From Chiloscyllium plagiosum (Eukaryota): DNA of 48,153 nucleotides. Below the pieces are notes generated by a model. The model was not told the origin of the DNA, searched no databases, and was given only the letters and a program-made list of their open reading frames with translations. The number at the start of each line of letters is the position of its first letter. Within the stretch, counting starts at the first letter, position 1. The translations under genes were made by a program, and so were the position numbers. This document shows, piece by piece, positions 1-11,431 of the stretch. The stretch spans positions 8,271,883-8,320,035 of the forward strand of contig NC_057720.1 in the NCBI RefSeq assembly GCF_004010195.1, in the 5' to 3' direction.

Positions 1-180
1 ACCACCCTTTGAGAAAAAGAACAGGAAATGACATCACCAACACAGGAAATGCTATCAACCCAGAAAATGACATCACCAAGCCAAGGAAGTCTAAACACAC
101 AACTAGCATGCCACCAGTGCTTCACTAGAGGCTCACTCATGGGGTTATCTAGTCAGGTGACGAAGCGTCTGAAAACAAAA
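1..180 (+). mobile_element. Penelope-like element (Poseidon-like) 3' end/pseudo-LTR with decayed hammerhead
   Basis: Close paralog of 36012-36200 (ACCACCCT..GAGAAAAAGAA.AGGAAATGACATCAC..CCAAGGAA..CACCAGTGCTTCACT..GCTCACT); hammerhead boxes mutated (CTCATGG, GAAGCGTC). Confidence 0.8.
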
Positions 181-184
181 TCTG

Positions 185-495
185 CTCCCATATCTTGACC
201 CGCACCAATTCACATATTGCACAATATGTTGGCCAAACTCCCCTTGTTCCCAGCCAAGTGGCACCCCATGATTGAAGCATTCTCATTTCTGTGGTCTCTG
301 TAATCTCTTCCATAGCCTTGGAGATTTCTGCACTGCTCTAATTCCGGCCACCCAGGCATCCCTGCTTTTGATTATTCCACTGCAGGTTACTGCGCCCTAA
401 GTCCTGGATATGTCAAGGTTTGGAATTCCGTTCCTGAACCCGTCTGCCTGTTATCAGAAACTTCCTTAAAGTTGACCGCTTTTAGCAAACTCTCA
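185..495 (+). mobile_element. Decayed L2-like LINE 3' fragment; resumes near 830-850 after a SINE insertion
   Basis: CTGCACTGCTCTAATTCCGGCC..TGGAATTCCGTTCCTGAACC..TTCCTTAAA..CCCTAATATC resembles recalled shark L2 3' ends. Confidence 0.55.
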
Positions 496-504
496 GTAAT
501 TTTT

Positions 505-830
505 ATGATTATTCACAGGATGTGTGCATTGCCCATTTATTTTCAAATCGCCCAGAGAGCAAGCAAGAGTCAACCATGTTGCTGTGGGTCTGGAGTCACA
601 TGGATACCAGACCAGGTAAGGATTTCTTTCCCTTAGGGGCATTAGTGAACCAGATGTCTTGTTAATAACAGTCAACAGTAGTTTCACGGTCTTCATTCAA
701 CGGGCTTTTCATTCCAGATTTTTTTTCTCTATTGAATTCAAATTTCGCCATCTGCCATTGTCGGATTTGAAATCAAATCCCCAGTACTTGAGGTAACAAA
801 TCCAGTGACGATTTGGACGCTAGCCCCTCT
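505..830 (-). mobile_element. tRNA-derived SINE (called 'B' here, AGTCAACCACATTGCTGTGGGTCTGGAGTCACATG core)
   Basis: Colinear with copies at 12240-12950, 29345-29720, 36385-36600, 38485-38820 and 46858-47495. Confidence 0.8.
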
Positions 831-1029
831 CCCTAATATCGGCATTGCAATCTGATGCTCAATTTAACTTCAGTTTCTTGAAAATCCTTGCCTTGGTTTT
901 AAATAACTCCCCAGCACTGCTGTCACATTCCTTGTACCACCAAATCCAGTCCACTCCTAACCGACCCCCCCACTGTGCCTCACCGACAATATCAGGGTCC
1001 ACCAATCCAACACCATTCTGATGCCATTC

Positions 1030-1560
1030 CCTCTCCATGTAATTTTGAAGTCCATAATTCAGCACAGTGTAATTGAACACTCTCCATTTGCCATGTGAGA
1101 GTAATTCTAACAACACTCCAGAGGTTTGCTCCGTTATAGGGCAAAGCTGTCCATTGCAATGGCAGCTATTCAACATCAGCACACAGTGGCAGCAGTGTGT
1201 ACCATCTCCACAATGCACCTAAGCAACTCATCAAGGCTCTTTCAAAAGCAACTTCCAAACCTGTGTCCTCTACCACCTTTAAGGATGAGGGCAGCAGATA
1301 CATGGGAACACCATCGGCTGTAAGTTCCCTTCCTACCATTCATCATCCTGACTGAGAAATATATCCTCATTCCTTCGCTGTCACTGGGTCAACATTCTGG
1401 AACTCTATTCCTGAACACCACTGGGGTTGTACCTATATCAAATGGCCTGCAGCAGTTCAAGAAGGGTGCTCACTACCACTTTCTCAAGGACAACCAGAGA
1501 TAAGCAATAAGTGCTGGTCCAGCCAACGACACCTACATTTCAAGAACCAGTGAAGAAGCA
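1030..1560 (+). mobile_element. Non-LTR LINE 3' fragment (CR1/L2 group, clade unassigned), likely partner of SINE B
   Basis: Frame pieces HTVAAVCTISTMHLSNSSRLFQKQLPNLCPLPP..WEHH; ends GCAGTTCAAGAAG..CACTTTCTCAAGGACAAC..GCAATAAGTGCTGG, a tail shared with SINE B; second 3' copy near 23030-23180. Confidence 0.7.
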
Positions 1561-1699
1561 ACATGGGTGTGGTTCCAGGTATGTGGCACCCACTTATCCA
1601 CATGACAATAAATAAACTAATCAACAATCAATAAATCAGTACAACCGTAATTCAACATGAAGTGATGAGGGGGGAAGCAGAGAAGAATGGTAGAGAATG

Positions 1700-2080
1700 T
1701 CAGAGAGCACAGAAACAGAGCCTTTGGTCAAACTGGTCCACGCTGAACAGATATTCTAAATTAATCTAGTACCATTTGCTAGACCTTGGCTATTTACCCT
1801 AGCCACGTCCCTCATGATTTTATAAACCTCTATAAGGTCACTCCTCAGCCTTTGATGGTCCAGGGAAAACAGCCCCAGCCTTTTCGGTCTCTTGCTATAG
1901 CTCAAACCCTCCAACTCTGGTAACATCCACGTAAATCTTTTCTGAACCCTTTTTAAGTTTAACAACATCCTTCCTTTAGCACGGAGGCCAGAATTGCATG
2001 TAGTATTCAAAAAGTGACCTAACCACTGTCCTGTACAGCTGCAACATAACATCCCAACTCCTATGCTAAACATGTGAATT
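1700..2080 (-). mobile_element. CR1/HER1-type LINE 3' fragment with internal deletion
   Basis: ORF 1756-2127 contains RVQKRFTWMLPELEGLSY..LGLFSL..RLRSDLIEVYKIMR, the CR1 ORF2 C-terminal signature. Confidence 0.9.
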
Positions 2081-2409
2081 AAGCATCCAATCTTTGCGAG
2101 TCTTGAAAGTTGATTGGATGCTCCCAAAGGCCACTCATTCCTACTTTCATTGAGGAGATGCAGTGATGTTCAGTCTTCACTATAAGCCCCATCTCCCAGA
2201 CCCTCTAAGAGATCCTTTGGACACCCCATACTCTGATCATGGACTTCCACCCCTATTCCCCCTCACTCGCCTCCTAATTGCCAACCCAATGCCAGAGACT
2301 GTCCCCAAGAGCCTCCCATCATTTGTGCTCCCACCAAGATGCTTTCCCATCTGCAAAGGGAATTTTCTTCACCATTTAGCATGTTTTCTTTTAAGTAGGA
2401 AGAGCAAGA

Positions 2410-2680
2410 GGTCAAATCCCACTCTGAAGAGTAACCCACCCAGACCATTCCCCTACCCTATATATACCCCTGACTAATGCACCTAACCTACACATCCATG
2501 AATACTATGGACAATTTAACATGGCCAATTCACCTAACCAACGTTAGACCATGGGAGGAAACCTGCACAGATAGGGGGAGAATGTACAAACTCCACACAG
2601 ACAGTTGCCCAAGGTTGGAATCAAACCTGGGTCCCTAGCACTGTAAGACAGCAGTGTTAAACATTAAGTTATCATGCCGT
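2410..2680 (-). mobile_element. HE1-type V-SINE
   Basis: CCCACCCAGACCATTCCCCTAC..CATGGCCAATTCACCTAACC..AAACTCCACACAGACAGT..tRNA-like head. Confidence 0.85.
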
Positions 2681-3227
2681 TATGTTAAATCTTCTAACTT
2701 CATCTGGCTAAATGGTTACCTGGAATTAGCTCTTAGAATATTGATTTTGATGTCTGCAAGGAAGGCTCTGTACACAGTTTTCTCAAGTGTCCACTCATAT
2801 TCTGCCAGTCCCTCATAGAAATGTACATGAAATAAAGTCAAAAGCAGATGAAATAAAACTGGAATGGTAACTAGTGGCAACAGAAATCAAAGAACGCTAG
2901 CAGCAGCAACTGGCAAAGGAAGAGATGAATAGAACTGGGAGTGAATAAAAATAAAAGAAATTACAGTCACATCCAAAGAATGACACATTCATAACGGTGG
3001 AACAAATTTAGGGTTTTGAAAGAAATACCATAACCTTCAAACTCAGTGCTGCAAGAGACAACATACAGAATAGTCAGAGACAGTAACTTAACATCTGGCT
3101 GCATATCAAACAACAGAAACAAATACCAAAACTATTGATGAATCAAGAGAAGCTGCATGTGGAGTGCCGCTCAATTCTTATCATTAAAGAAAAGATTTGT
3201 ATTTAAATAAGCATTGGTTGCAAACCT

Positions 3228-3390
3228 GAGGTAGTGTGGTGGCTCAGTGGCTAGCACTGCTGCCTCACTGCGTCAGGCACTTATGTTCAATTCCACCGTC
3301 AGGCATCTGTCTGTGTGGAATTTGCCCAATCTCCCCATGTCTGCATGAGTTTCCTCCAAGTGGTCCTATCTCCACTCACAGTCCAAAGAT
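3228..3390 (+). mobile_element. HE1-type V-SINE 5' half, cut off by CR1 insertions
   Basis: A box TGGCTCAGTGG, B box GTTCAATTCC, then CTGTCTGTGTGGAATTTGC..CAGTCCAAAGAT. Confidence 0.85.
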
Positions 3391-3885
3391 AGAACATAGA
3401 ACATAGAAAAATACAGCGCAGCACAGGCCCTTTGGCCCTCGACGTTGCGCCGATCGAAGCCCACCTAATCTACACTAGCCCACTATCCTCCATATGCCTA
3501 TCCAATGCCCGTTTAAATGCCAAATGCCCATAAAGAGGGAGAGTCCACCACTGCTACTGGCAGGGCATTCTATGAACTCACAACTCACTGAGTAAAGAAT
3601 CTACCCCTAACATCTGTCCTATACCTACCACCCCTTAATTTAAAGCTATGTCCCCTCATAATAGCTGACTCCATACGTGGAAAAAGGTTCTCATGGTCAA
3701 CCCTATCTAAACCCCTAATCATCTTGTACACCTCTATCAAGTCACCCCTAAACCTTCTTTTCTCCAATGAAAACAGCCCCAAGTGCCTCAGCCTTTCCTC
3801 ATACGATATTCCTACCATACCAGGCAACATCCTGGTAAACCTCCTCTGCACCCGTTCCAGTGCTTCCACATCCTTCCTATAGTAA
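3391..3885 (-). mobile_element. CR1-type LINE 3' fragment, (TTCTATG)n tail
   Basis: ORF 3585-3956: YYRKDVEALERVQRRFTRMLPGM..GDLIEVYKMIRG..FFTQ; tail AGAACATAGAACATAG. Confidence 0.93.
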
Positions 3886-3889
3886 GGGA

Positions 3890-4343
3890 GATTAGAACAT
3901 AGAACATAGAACAGTACAGCACAGAACAGGCCCTTCAGTCCACGATGTTGTGCCAACCACTGATCCTCATGTATGCACCCTCAAATTTCTGTGACCATAT
4001 GCATGTCCAGTAGTCTCTTAAATATCCCCAATGACCTTGCTTCCACAACTGCTGCTGGCATCGCATTCCATGCCCTCACAACTCTCTGTGTAAAGAACCC
4101 GCCTCTGACATCCCCTCTATACTTTCCTCCAACCAGCTTAAAACTATGACCCCTCGTGTTAGCCATCTCTGCCCTGGGAAATAGTCTGTGGCTATCGACT
4201 CTACCTATTCCTCTCATTATCTTGTATACCTCAGTTAGGTCCCCTCTCCTCCTCCTTTTCTCCAATGAAAAAAATCCGAGCTCAGTCAACCTCTCTTCAT
4301 AAGATAAGCCCTTCAGTCCAGGCAGCATCCTGGTAAACATCCT
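3890..4343 (-). mobile_element. CR1-type LINE 3' fragment (second subfamily, tandem to previous)
   Basis: ORF 3981-4340: FTRMLPGLKGLSYEERL..FFTQRVVRAWN..FKRLLD; tail AGAACATAGAACATAGAAC. Confidence 0.93.
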
Positions 4344-4604
4344 GTGGGATTACAGCAGCATACTCCAGAGTAATGTGTGCACTAACAGAGACACTTCTCA
4401 TTCGGAAATATCTCTGGCTGTACGTTTCTAGGGGATTCCAAGGCATGTGAATGTTTGTATTTTCCCAGGGTGTGCCCTTTTCTCTTAGAATGGGAGAGTC
4501 AAGGGCTGGAGTCTCAGCCACTTCACACCTTTCCAATTGCCCCACAATCTTAACATTAAAGAGTGAAGATACACCAGTTAAAATGGCGACCATGCAAACA
4601 GGTA

Positions 4605-4823
4605 CAAGTCGTTCTGCTGTAACACGCGTTTCATTAATGCGAATTCGCTTTCACATGTTCGATGAATTGCGGACATTGTTTCTATAGCTTAAACTTTTAA
4701 AGCGATAACTGGTTATATTGTGATTCTGGCCACATTAGCTTGAATGATGCTGCTATTACGCAATTTTCTTATAACATGTAGTTGCACGAGAACAGAACTA
4801 CCACGTTATAGCAGAACTAACTG
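4605..4823. mobile_element. Tc1/mariner-pogo (Tigger-like) MITE
   Basis: Imperfect ~22-bp TIRs (CAAGTCGTTCTGCTGTAACACG; right end read on minus CAGTTAGTTCTGCTATAACGTG) flanked by TA at 4603-4604 and 4824-4825. Confidence 0.7.
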
Positions 4824-4943
4824 TATGTGTCTGCACTTTAATCACAATTTGGAAAATTTGAACATGGTAACTTCCTGTTTGAAGTCAATAGCTCAAATGA
4901 AACAGAAGAGTGTGTGGGAGGAAATCAACCAAAGATGAGCATC

Positions 4944-5915
4944 ATAGAGTCATAGAGTCATAGAGATGTACAGCACAGAAACACATCCTTTGGTCCAACT
5001 CGTCCATGCCGACCAGATATCCCAACCCAATCTAATCCCATTTATCAGCATTTGGCCCATTTCCCTCTAAACCTTTCCTATTCATATACCCATCCAGATG
5101 CCTTTTAAATGTTGTAATTGTACCAGCCTACACCACTTCCTCTGGCAGCTCATTCCATACAAACATCACCCTCTTTGTGAAAATGTTGCCCCTTGGGTCC
5201 CTTTTCAATCTTTCCCCTCTCACTCTAAACTGATGCCCTCTAGTTTTGTGCTGCCCACCCCAGGGAATAGACCTGGCTGAATCATCCAATCCGTGCCCCT
5301 CATGATTTCATAAACCTCTATAAGGTCACTCTTGAGACTTTCACAGTCTGGGAAAACAGCCCCATCCTATTCAGCGCCCTATAGCTCAAACTCTCCAACC
5401 CTGGCAATATCCTTGTAAATCTTTTCTGAACCCTTTCAAGTTTCACAACATCCTTCCTATAACAGGGAGATCAGAGTTGAACACAATACTCCAAAAGTGG
5501 CCTATCCAACAGGTGCAACATAACCTTCCAACTCATAATCTCAATTCACTGACCAATAAAGGAAAGCGTACCAAACACCTTCTTCACTATCTATCTATCT
5601 GCAACCCCAGTTTCAATGCACTTTGAACCTGCACTCCAAGGTCTCCTTGTTCAGCAACACTCCCCAGGACATTGCCATGAAGTTTATAAGCTCTGCCCTG
5701 ATTTGTTTTCCCAAAATGCAGCATCTCACTTTTACCTAAATTAAACTCTATCTGCCACTCCTTGGCCCCATTGGCCCATCCGCTCAAGGTCCAGTTTTCT
5801 GAGGTAATCTTCTTTGATATCTACTACAGTTCTAATTTTGGTGTCACCTGCAAACTTACTAACTATACCTCCCATGTTCACATCCAAATCATTTAGATAG
5901 ATGACAAAAAAACTG
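4944..5915 (-). mobile_element. CR1/HER1-type LINE ~1 kb 3' fragment
   Basis: RT remnant YLNDLD..SKFAGDTKI (decayed FADD), WQIEFNLGK..HFG; (GACTCTAT)n tail. Confidence 0.92.
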
Positions 5916-5983
5916 CTCAGAGCAACCTCATGAGAAAACCCAGAATACCATGGAAAAGATTTATTGTTCAAAACCATTTGACC

Positions 5984-6270
5984 ATAGGATGTAAGAGCTG
6001 ATGTAGGCTATTCAGCCCATCAAGTCTGCTTTGCCATTTAATCAGATCTCAACTCTACTTTCCTGCCTTTTCCACATGACCCTCAGTTCCCTTACTGATT
6101 AGAAACCTGTCTCAATAAGCCTTGAATATCCTTAATGACCCAGCCTCAGCAGCTCTCGACAGGAAAGAATTCCATAGATAAAGTCACCTGCGAGAGAAGA
6201 AATTTCTTCTTTCTTAAATGTTCAATCTCTTGTTTGTAAATTTTGCCCTCTGGTCCTAGACTCCCCCAAT
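5984..6270 (-). mobile_element. Older CR1-type LINE 3' end
   Basis: GTAGGCTATTCAGCCCATCAAGTCTGCT..GAGAAGAAATTTC..GGTCCTAGACTCCCC, as in many other copies here. Confidence 0.7.
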
Positions 6271-6530
6271 AAAAACTATTTGAAATCTTTGGTTATTTGC
6301 GATACAAAGTTCTGAAGTGGGGAATAAATGTTGCATTCTTGACAATCAAAAATCAAGCAAGCATTTTTTTTTATGCCAATGTGCTGTGGTAAGTTGGATC
6401 ATCTTGATTATAGAGATATTGGATTAAAAAAATGGCAGCAGAATGGGAGTAGGACATTTGGCTATGGCAGGTGGCACCTCAAGAAATATATCCAACCAGA
6501 ACTGGCAGCCCTTTTCCAAATCTCACTCAC

Positions 6531-6718
6531 TTTCCTTTGGTTATAGTCCAACAGGTTTATTTGAAATCACCAGCTTTCAGAGTGCTGTTCCTTCATCAGG
6601 TGAAGGAACTTTACCTGATGAACAAGCAGAGTTCTGAAAGCTGGTGATTTCAAATAAACCTGGTGAACTATACCAACAGTCCAACATCGGCACTTTGACA
6701 TCATCATTTTCCTTTGGT
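6531..6718. mobile_element. Inverted-duplicated PLE terminus with two decayed hammerheads and an 11-bp TSD
   Basis: Arms ~6539-6600 and ~6614-6674 are reverse complements, each with CTGATGA..GAAAGCT; TTTCCTTTGGT at 6531-6541 and 6708-6718. Confidence 0.8.
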
Positions 6719-6719
6719 C

Positions 6720-7495
6720 CATTTAGGTTCATAGCTCCTTGAAAGTGGAGTGGCAGGTATATAGGATAGTGAAGAAGGCGTTTGGTATGCTTTCCTTTAC
6801 TGGTCAGCGTATTGAGTACAGGAGTTGGGAGGTCATGTTGCGGCTGTACAGGACATTGGTTAGGCCATTGTTGGAATATTGCATGCAATTCTGGTCTCCT
6901 TCCTATCGGAAAGATATTGTGAAACTTGAAAGGGTTCAGAAAATATTTACAAGGATGTTGCCAGGGTTTGAGGATTTGAGCTATAGGGAAAGACTGAACA
7001 GGCTGAGGCTGTTTTCCCTGGAGTGTCGGAGGCTGAGGGGTGACCTTATAGAGGTTTACAAAATTATGAGGGGCATGGATAGGATAAATAGTAANNNNNN
7101 NNNNNNNNNNNNNNNNNNNNNNNNNNNNNNNNNNNNNNNNNNNNNNNNNNNNNNNNNNNNNNNNNNNNNNNNNNNNNNNNNNNNNNNNNNNNNNNNNNNN
7201 NNNNNNNNNNNNNNNNNNNNNNNNNNNNNNNNNNNNNNNNNNNNNNNNNNNNNNNNNNNNNNTTTTCACGCAGAGAGTGGTACGTGTATGGAATGAGCTG
7301 CCAGAGGAAGTGGTAGAGGCTGGTACAATAGCAACATTTAAGAGGCATTTGGATGGGTATATGAATAGGAAAGGTTTGGAGAGATATGGGTTGGGTGCTG
7401 GCAGGTGGGACTAGATTGGGTTGGAATATCTGGTCGGCATGAACGGGTTGGACCGAAGTGTCTGTTTCCATGCTGTACATCTCTATGACTCTATA
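6720..7495 (+). mobile_element. CR1/HER1-type LINE 3' fragment spanning an assembly gap
   Basis: ORF 6739-7296: LYRTLVRPLLEYCMQFWSPSYRKDIVKLERVQK..GDLIEVYKIMRG; tail CTCTATGACTCTAT. Confidence 0.93.
7095..7262. other. Assembly gap (168 N)
   Basis: Run of N. Confidence 0.99.
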
Positions 7496-7604
7496 TGGCT
7501 TGGGATCTTGCAAGTATTTCTGCCAGACGGTACTAATCCACACAATATTCATTCATCAAGGCCAGGGAGTCTATATTCTGTCATGCCACCATGAGAATGG
7601 AAAT

Positions 7605-7905
7605 ACGGATTGGGAATCCTTTATCCAAAAAAGCTGAGGACCAAGTGGTTTTTGGATAAAGGATATTTTCAGATTTTGAATCCATTATCATCGGTTGGGA
7701 TTTGTTTGGGCCCATTGGAGACTTTTGGGGAAAAAAAATGGTTTTACCTTTCAGTCTGTCCAGGCCCATTAGAACCAAGAATTTTTCTTTCCCAGAAGGC
7801 CAGAACACAATGTGTTGACAGATCCAATCAGGTCGCCTTCTGAAAGCAATTTTAGTTTGATTGTCCTTTCAGGTTTCCATCTTACAGATAATGGATACAT
7901 GACCC
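7605..7905. mobile_element. Possible decayed Tigger-like MITE
   Basis: Begins TACGGATTGGGAATCCTTTATCCAAAAAAGCTGAGGACC..GGATAAAGGA, resembling Tigger4/MER46-type termini; right end uncertain. Confidence 0.35.
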
Positions 7906-8112
7906 ATGGGACTAAAGGGCAGAAGTACCATGAAGACTCTTTCAAAAGTTTAGAACAAAGAGTTTTGTTCAGCCTCTTCTGGAGCAGAAGGACGGATAAA
8001 GAGACTATGTATGTGTGTATCCAAATAAAGGACTTTCCACCACAGTGTCAATGTTTCAGACAACATGATGCATTCTCCCACTCAATGCATGATACCATTA
8101 GGTAGCACTCAA

Positions 8113-8622
8113 AGAACAAAAGAGAGGTACAGAACACGAGCAGGCCTTTCAGCCCTCCAAGCCTGTGCTGATTCTCTTGCCCTAACTAAACTAAAATACG
8201 AACTTTCTGTCCTTATTCGGTCCGTATCCCTCTATTCCCTCCTTATTCATGTAATCATCTAGATGCCTCTTGAATGTCACCAATGTACCTGCTTCCACCC
8301 GCCTCTTCTGGCAATGCCTTCCAGGCTCCTCCCACTTCCTGTGTGAAAAACGTCCCTCACGCACCTCCCTTAAACTTTCCCCCTCTCACCTCAAACCTGT
8401 GACCCCCTGTAACTGAAATTTCAAACCTGGGAGAAAGCCTCTGACTAACCACCCTACCAATGCCTCTCTTAATTGTGTAGACCTCTATGAGGTCTCCTCT
8501 CAGCTGCTGTCTTTCCAGTGAAAACAATCCTAGTCTTTTTAACCTTTTCTCATAATCAACACCCTCGAGACCAAATAACATCCTGGTGAGCCTTCTCTGC
8601 ATGCACTCCAAAGCTTCCACCC
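8113..8622 (-). mobile_element. CR1-type LINE 3' fragment
   Basis: ORF 8357-8620: EALECMQRRLTRML..LGLFSLERQQLRGDLIEVY. Confidence 0.9.
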
Positions 8623-8865
8623 AGTCATGTTGGACTCAGCTATGGAACTTCTTCCCTGAACTTCATAATTTTCTTCATCCTTCTTTCAATCTTTAAGAAT
8701 CCCCTTCAAATTTACCAAGCATTTAGTGACCTGTCCTAATCTCTCTCTCTCCCTCTCATGTCAATCTTGGTCCGTTAATGCTCCCGAGAAACATTTGAGG
8801 CTGAGTCATTCAGGGTGATATGTCAATACAGGAGATTTTAGTTGCTGTTCCAGCCTCTCTATTCC

Positions 8866-9042
8866 TCCAGTAAATAAGTTAAAAATCACACAATACCAGG
8901 TTATAGTCCATCAGGTTTAATTGGAAGCACACTAGTGTGCTTCCAATTAAACCTGTTGGACTATAACCTGGTGTTGTGTGATTTTTAACTTTGTACACCC
9001 AAGTCCAACACCGGCATCTCCAAATCATGTCCAGTAAATAAG
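8866..9042. mobile_element. Palindromic PLE-terminus insertion (116-bp palindrome) with a 13-bp TSD
   Basis: 8876-8991 is self-complementary with 2 mismatches and no spacer; TCCAGTAAATAAG at 8866-8878 and 9030-9042; related to 6531-6718 and 35338-35555. Confidence 0.88.
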
Positions 9043-9253
9043 GTTGTCAGCAGTAGAATCCTGTGCCACTTAATTGTAACATTATGGAAATTATAAACTT
9101 GCATTATACAGTGGCTTTCACAACTTCAGAATATCCCAAATGAAATACTTTTGTGAGTAGTGCAGACAGTAACATAATATAGTAAAAGGTTTAAACAGCT
9201 TAACTCTCTGTTGGAGTGGGAAAGGGATTGATGGGTGGGAAGGAGCTTTCTTA

Positions 9254-10010
9254 GAGTCACAGAGTCATAGAGATGTACAGCACGGAAACAGACCCTTCGG
9301 TCCATGCTGACCAGATATCCCAACCCAATCTAGTCCCACCTGCCAGGACCTGGCCCATATCCTTCCAAACGCTTCCTATTCATATACTCATATAATATAT
9401 ATTCATATATTGCAATTGTACCAGCCTCCACTACTTCTTCTGGCAGCTCATTCCATATACATACCACCCTCTGCATGAAAACGTTGCCTCTTAGGTCCCT
9501 TTCATATCTTTCCCCTCTCACCCTAAACCTATGCCCTCTAGTTTTGGACTCCCCAACCCCTGGTAAAAGACTTTGCCTATTTATCCTATCCATGCTCCTC
9601 ATGATTTTGTGAACCTTTGTAAGGTCACCCCTCAGCCTCCGATGCTCCAGGGAGAACAGCCCCAGCCTGTTCAGCCTCTCCCTGTAGCTCAAATCCTCAA
9701 ACCCTGGCAACATCCTTGTAAATCTTTCACAACATCTTTCCGATAGGAAGGAGACCAGAATTACACGCAATATTCCAACAGTGGCCTAACCAATGTCATG
9801 TATAGCCACAACATGACCTCCCAACTCCTGTACTCAATACTCTGACCAATAACGGAAAGCATACCAAACGCTGCCTTCACTATCCTATCTACCTGCGACT
9901 CCACTTTCAAGGAGCTATGAACCTGCACTCCAATATTCAGCAATATTCCTTAGGACCTTACCATTAAGTGTGTAGGTCCTGCTAAGATTTGCTTTCCCAA
10001 AATGCAGCAT
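9254..10010 (-). mobile_element. CR1/HER1-type LINE 3' fragment
   Basis: ORFs 9330-9770 and 9761-9943 with LVRPLLEYC, RFTRMLPGFEDLSYRERL, QRVVCIWNELPEEVVEA. Confidence 0.93.
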
Positions 10011-10744
10011 CATGGGACTAAAGGATTTATCTTAGTGACCATTTTCAGGGATAGTTATCGACGATTCCCCTCATCTATTTCTCCATTTCCTTTCCTGATT
10101 CTAATGAATGTTTGGAGAATGGACACAGTTGTATAAATGAGAAAGAAAATTGAGTTTAAAGTCTAAACTTTAATAAGCATAATTCCTTTCAGTCCTTATT
10201 TGATCAGAGGGAGCATGATTATCAAATTCGTAAATCTAATTTGCAAACACATTAGCTAAGTTTATATTTACACATCCTCAATTTTTATTTCATATTTTCA
10301 AATTCAAAATAATTTTGAGAAATATTGTTTTCTTACTAACCTTGGTAACAACCTGAAAATGTGATTGTATACACTGAATGTATCCTGTTGGAATTGAATG
10401 AGATGCAACCACTAGCTGCCTGGCACAGATCACTTATTAATTGATCATGCCACAACTTAATTTTGTTATGAAACAGATTTGATCAGATTACGAAGCAAAT
10501 TGGAATGATGACACAAAAGAGCAGTTTTGTGCACCGTAATTTTACGATAAAATCATTAATAATAAGGAACATTTGCTCATCTATCAATGTTTTACAGTGA
10601 TCTCCTTTTTGCATCTGCTTTTTTTCCATCTTCTTCCAGACTTTTTGTTGATATCGGATTGAACAGAAACACAGCATTGTTATGGTTCAGAAGAAAGCCA
10701 TTCAACTCCTGTGCCAGTTCTATTACCTGGTGCCAATGTCATAT

Positions 10745-11285
10745 CGGAGTATTGCGTACAGTGCTGGTCATCGCATGAGCAGAAGGATGTGGATGCTTTG
10801 GAGAGGGTACAGAAAAAGTTTACCAGGATGTTGCCTGGTATGGGGGATTTTAGCTATGAAGAAAGCTTAGATAGACTGAGTTTCTGTTCACTGGAATGCA
10901 AGAGTTTGAGGGGCGACTGGATAGAAGTTTATAAGATTGCGAATGGCATGGATAGAGTGGAAAGTATGACGCTTTTTCCAGGGTGGAAGGATCAATTACT
11001 AGGGGATAAGGGTTCAAGGCGTGAGATGGAAAGTTTAAAAGAGATGTGCGAGACAAGTTTTCCACACAAAGGGTGGTGAATGCCTGGAATGCGCTGCCAG
11101 AAGAAGTGGTGGAAACAGACACAACAGCAGCATCCAAGAAGCACCTGGATGAATACATGATTAGAAAGGGAATAGAGGGATACTGATCGTGTAAGGGCAG
11201 ACAGTTTTAGTATGGAAGGGCAAATGTGGCAAAGTTGGTTTGGAGGGCCTAAGGGCCTGTTTCCGCACTGAATTGTTCTTTGTCA
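10745..11285 (+). mobile_element. CR1-type LINE 3' fragment
   Basis: EYCVQCWS..KDVDALERVQKKFTRMLPGM..GDWIEVYKI. Confidence 0.9.
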
Positions 11286-11431
11286 TGTCTTTTGCACATA
11301 TCTCTGTATGCCATTTCTATCCAAACAACCATACAATGCCCCTCTTGAATACCTCAGTTGAACCTGCCTCCACCCTACTTCCAGCCAGTGCATTCCACAC
11401 CCTCACAACCCGCAATTTGAAAAATCTTTTA

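Noticed and set aside
6577..7552. ORFs of 162-230 aa
   Set aside because: Length is inflated by the N gap; the content is CR1 sense or antisense.
8876..8991. Pre-miRNA or DNA-transposon MITE interpretation of the palindrome
   Set aside because: Arms are asymmetric relative to the TSD, the sequence matches hammerhead-bearing PLE termini elsewhere in the window, and TSD length varies among copies.
10587..10778. Exon-like segment after a pyrimidine tract (LFVDIGLNRNTALLW..)
   Set aside because: No recognisable homology and no good donor; runs into CR1.
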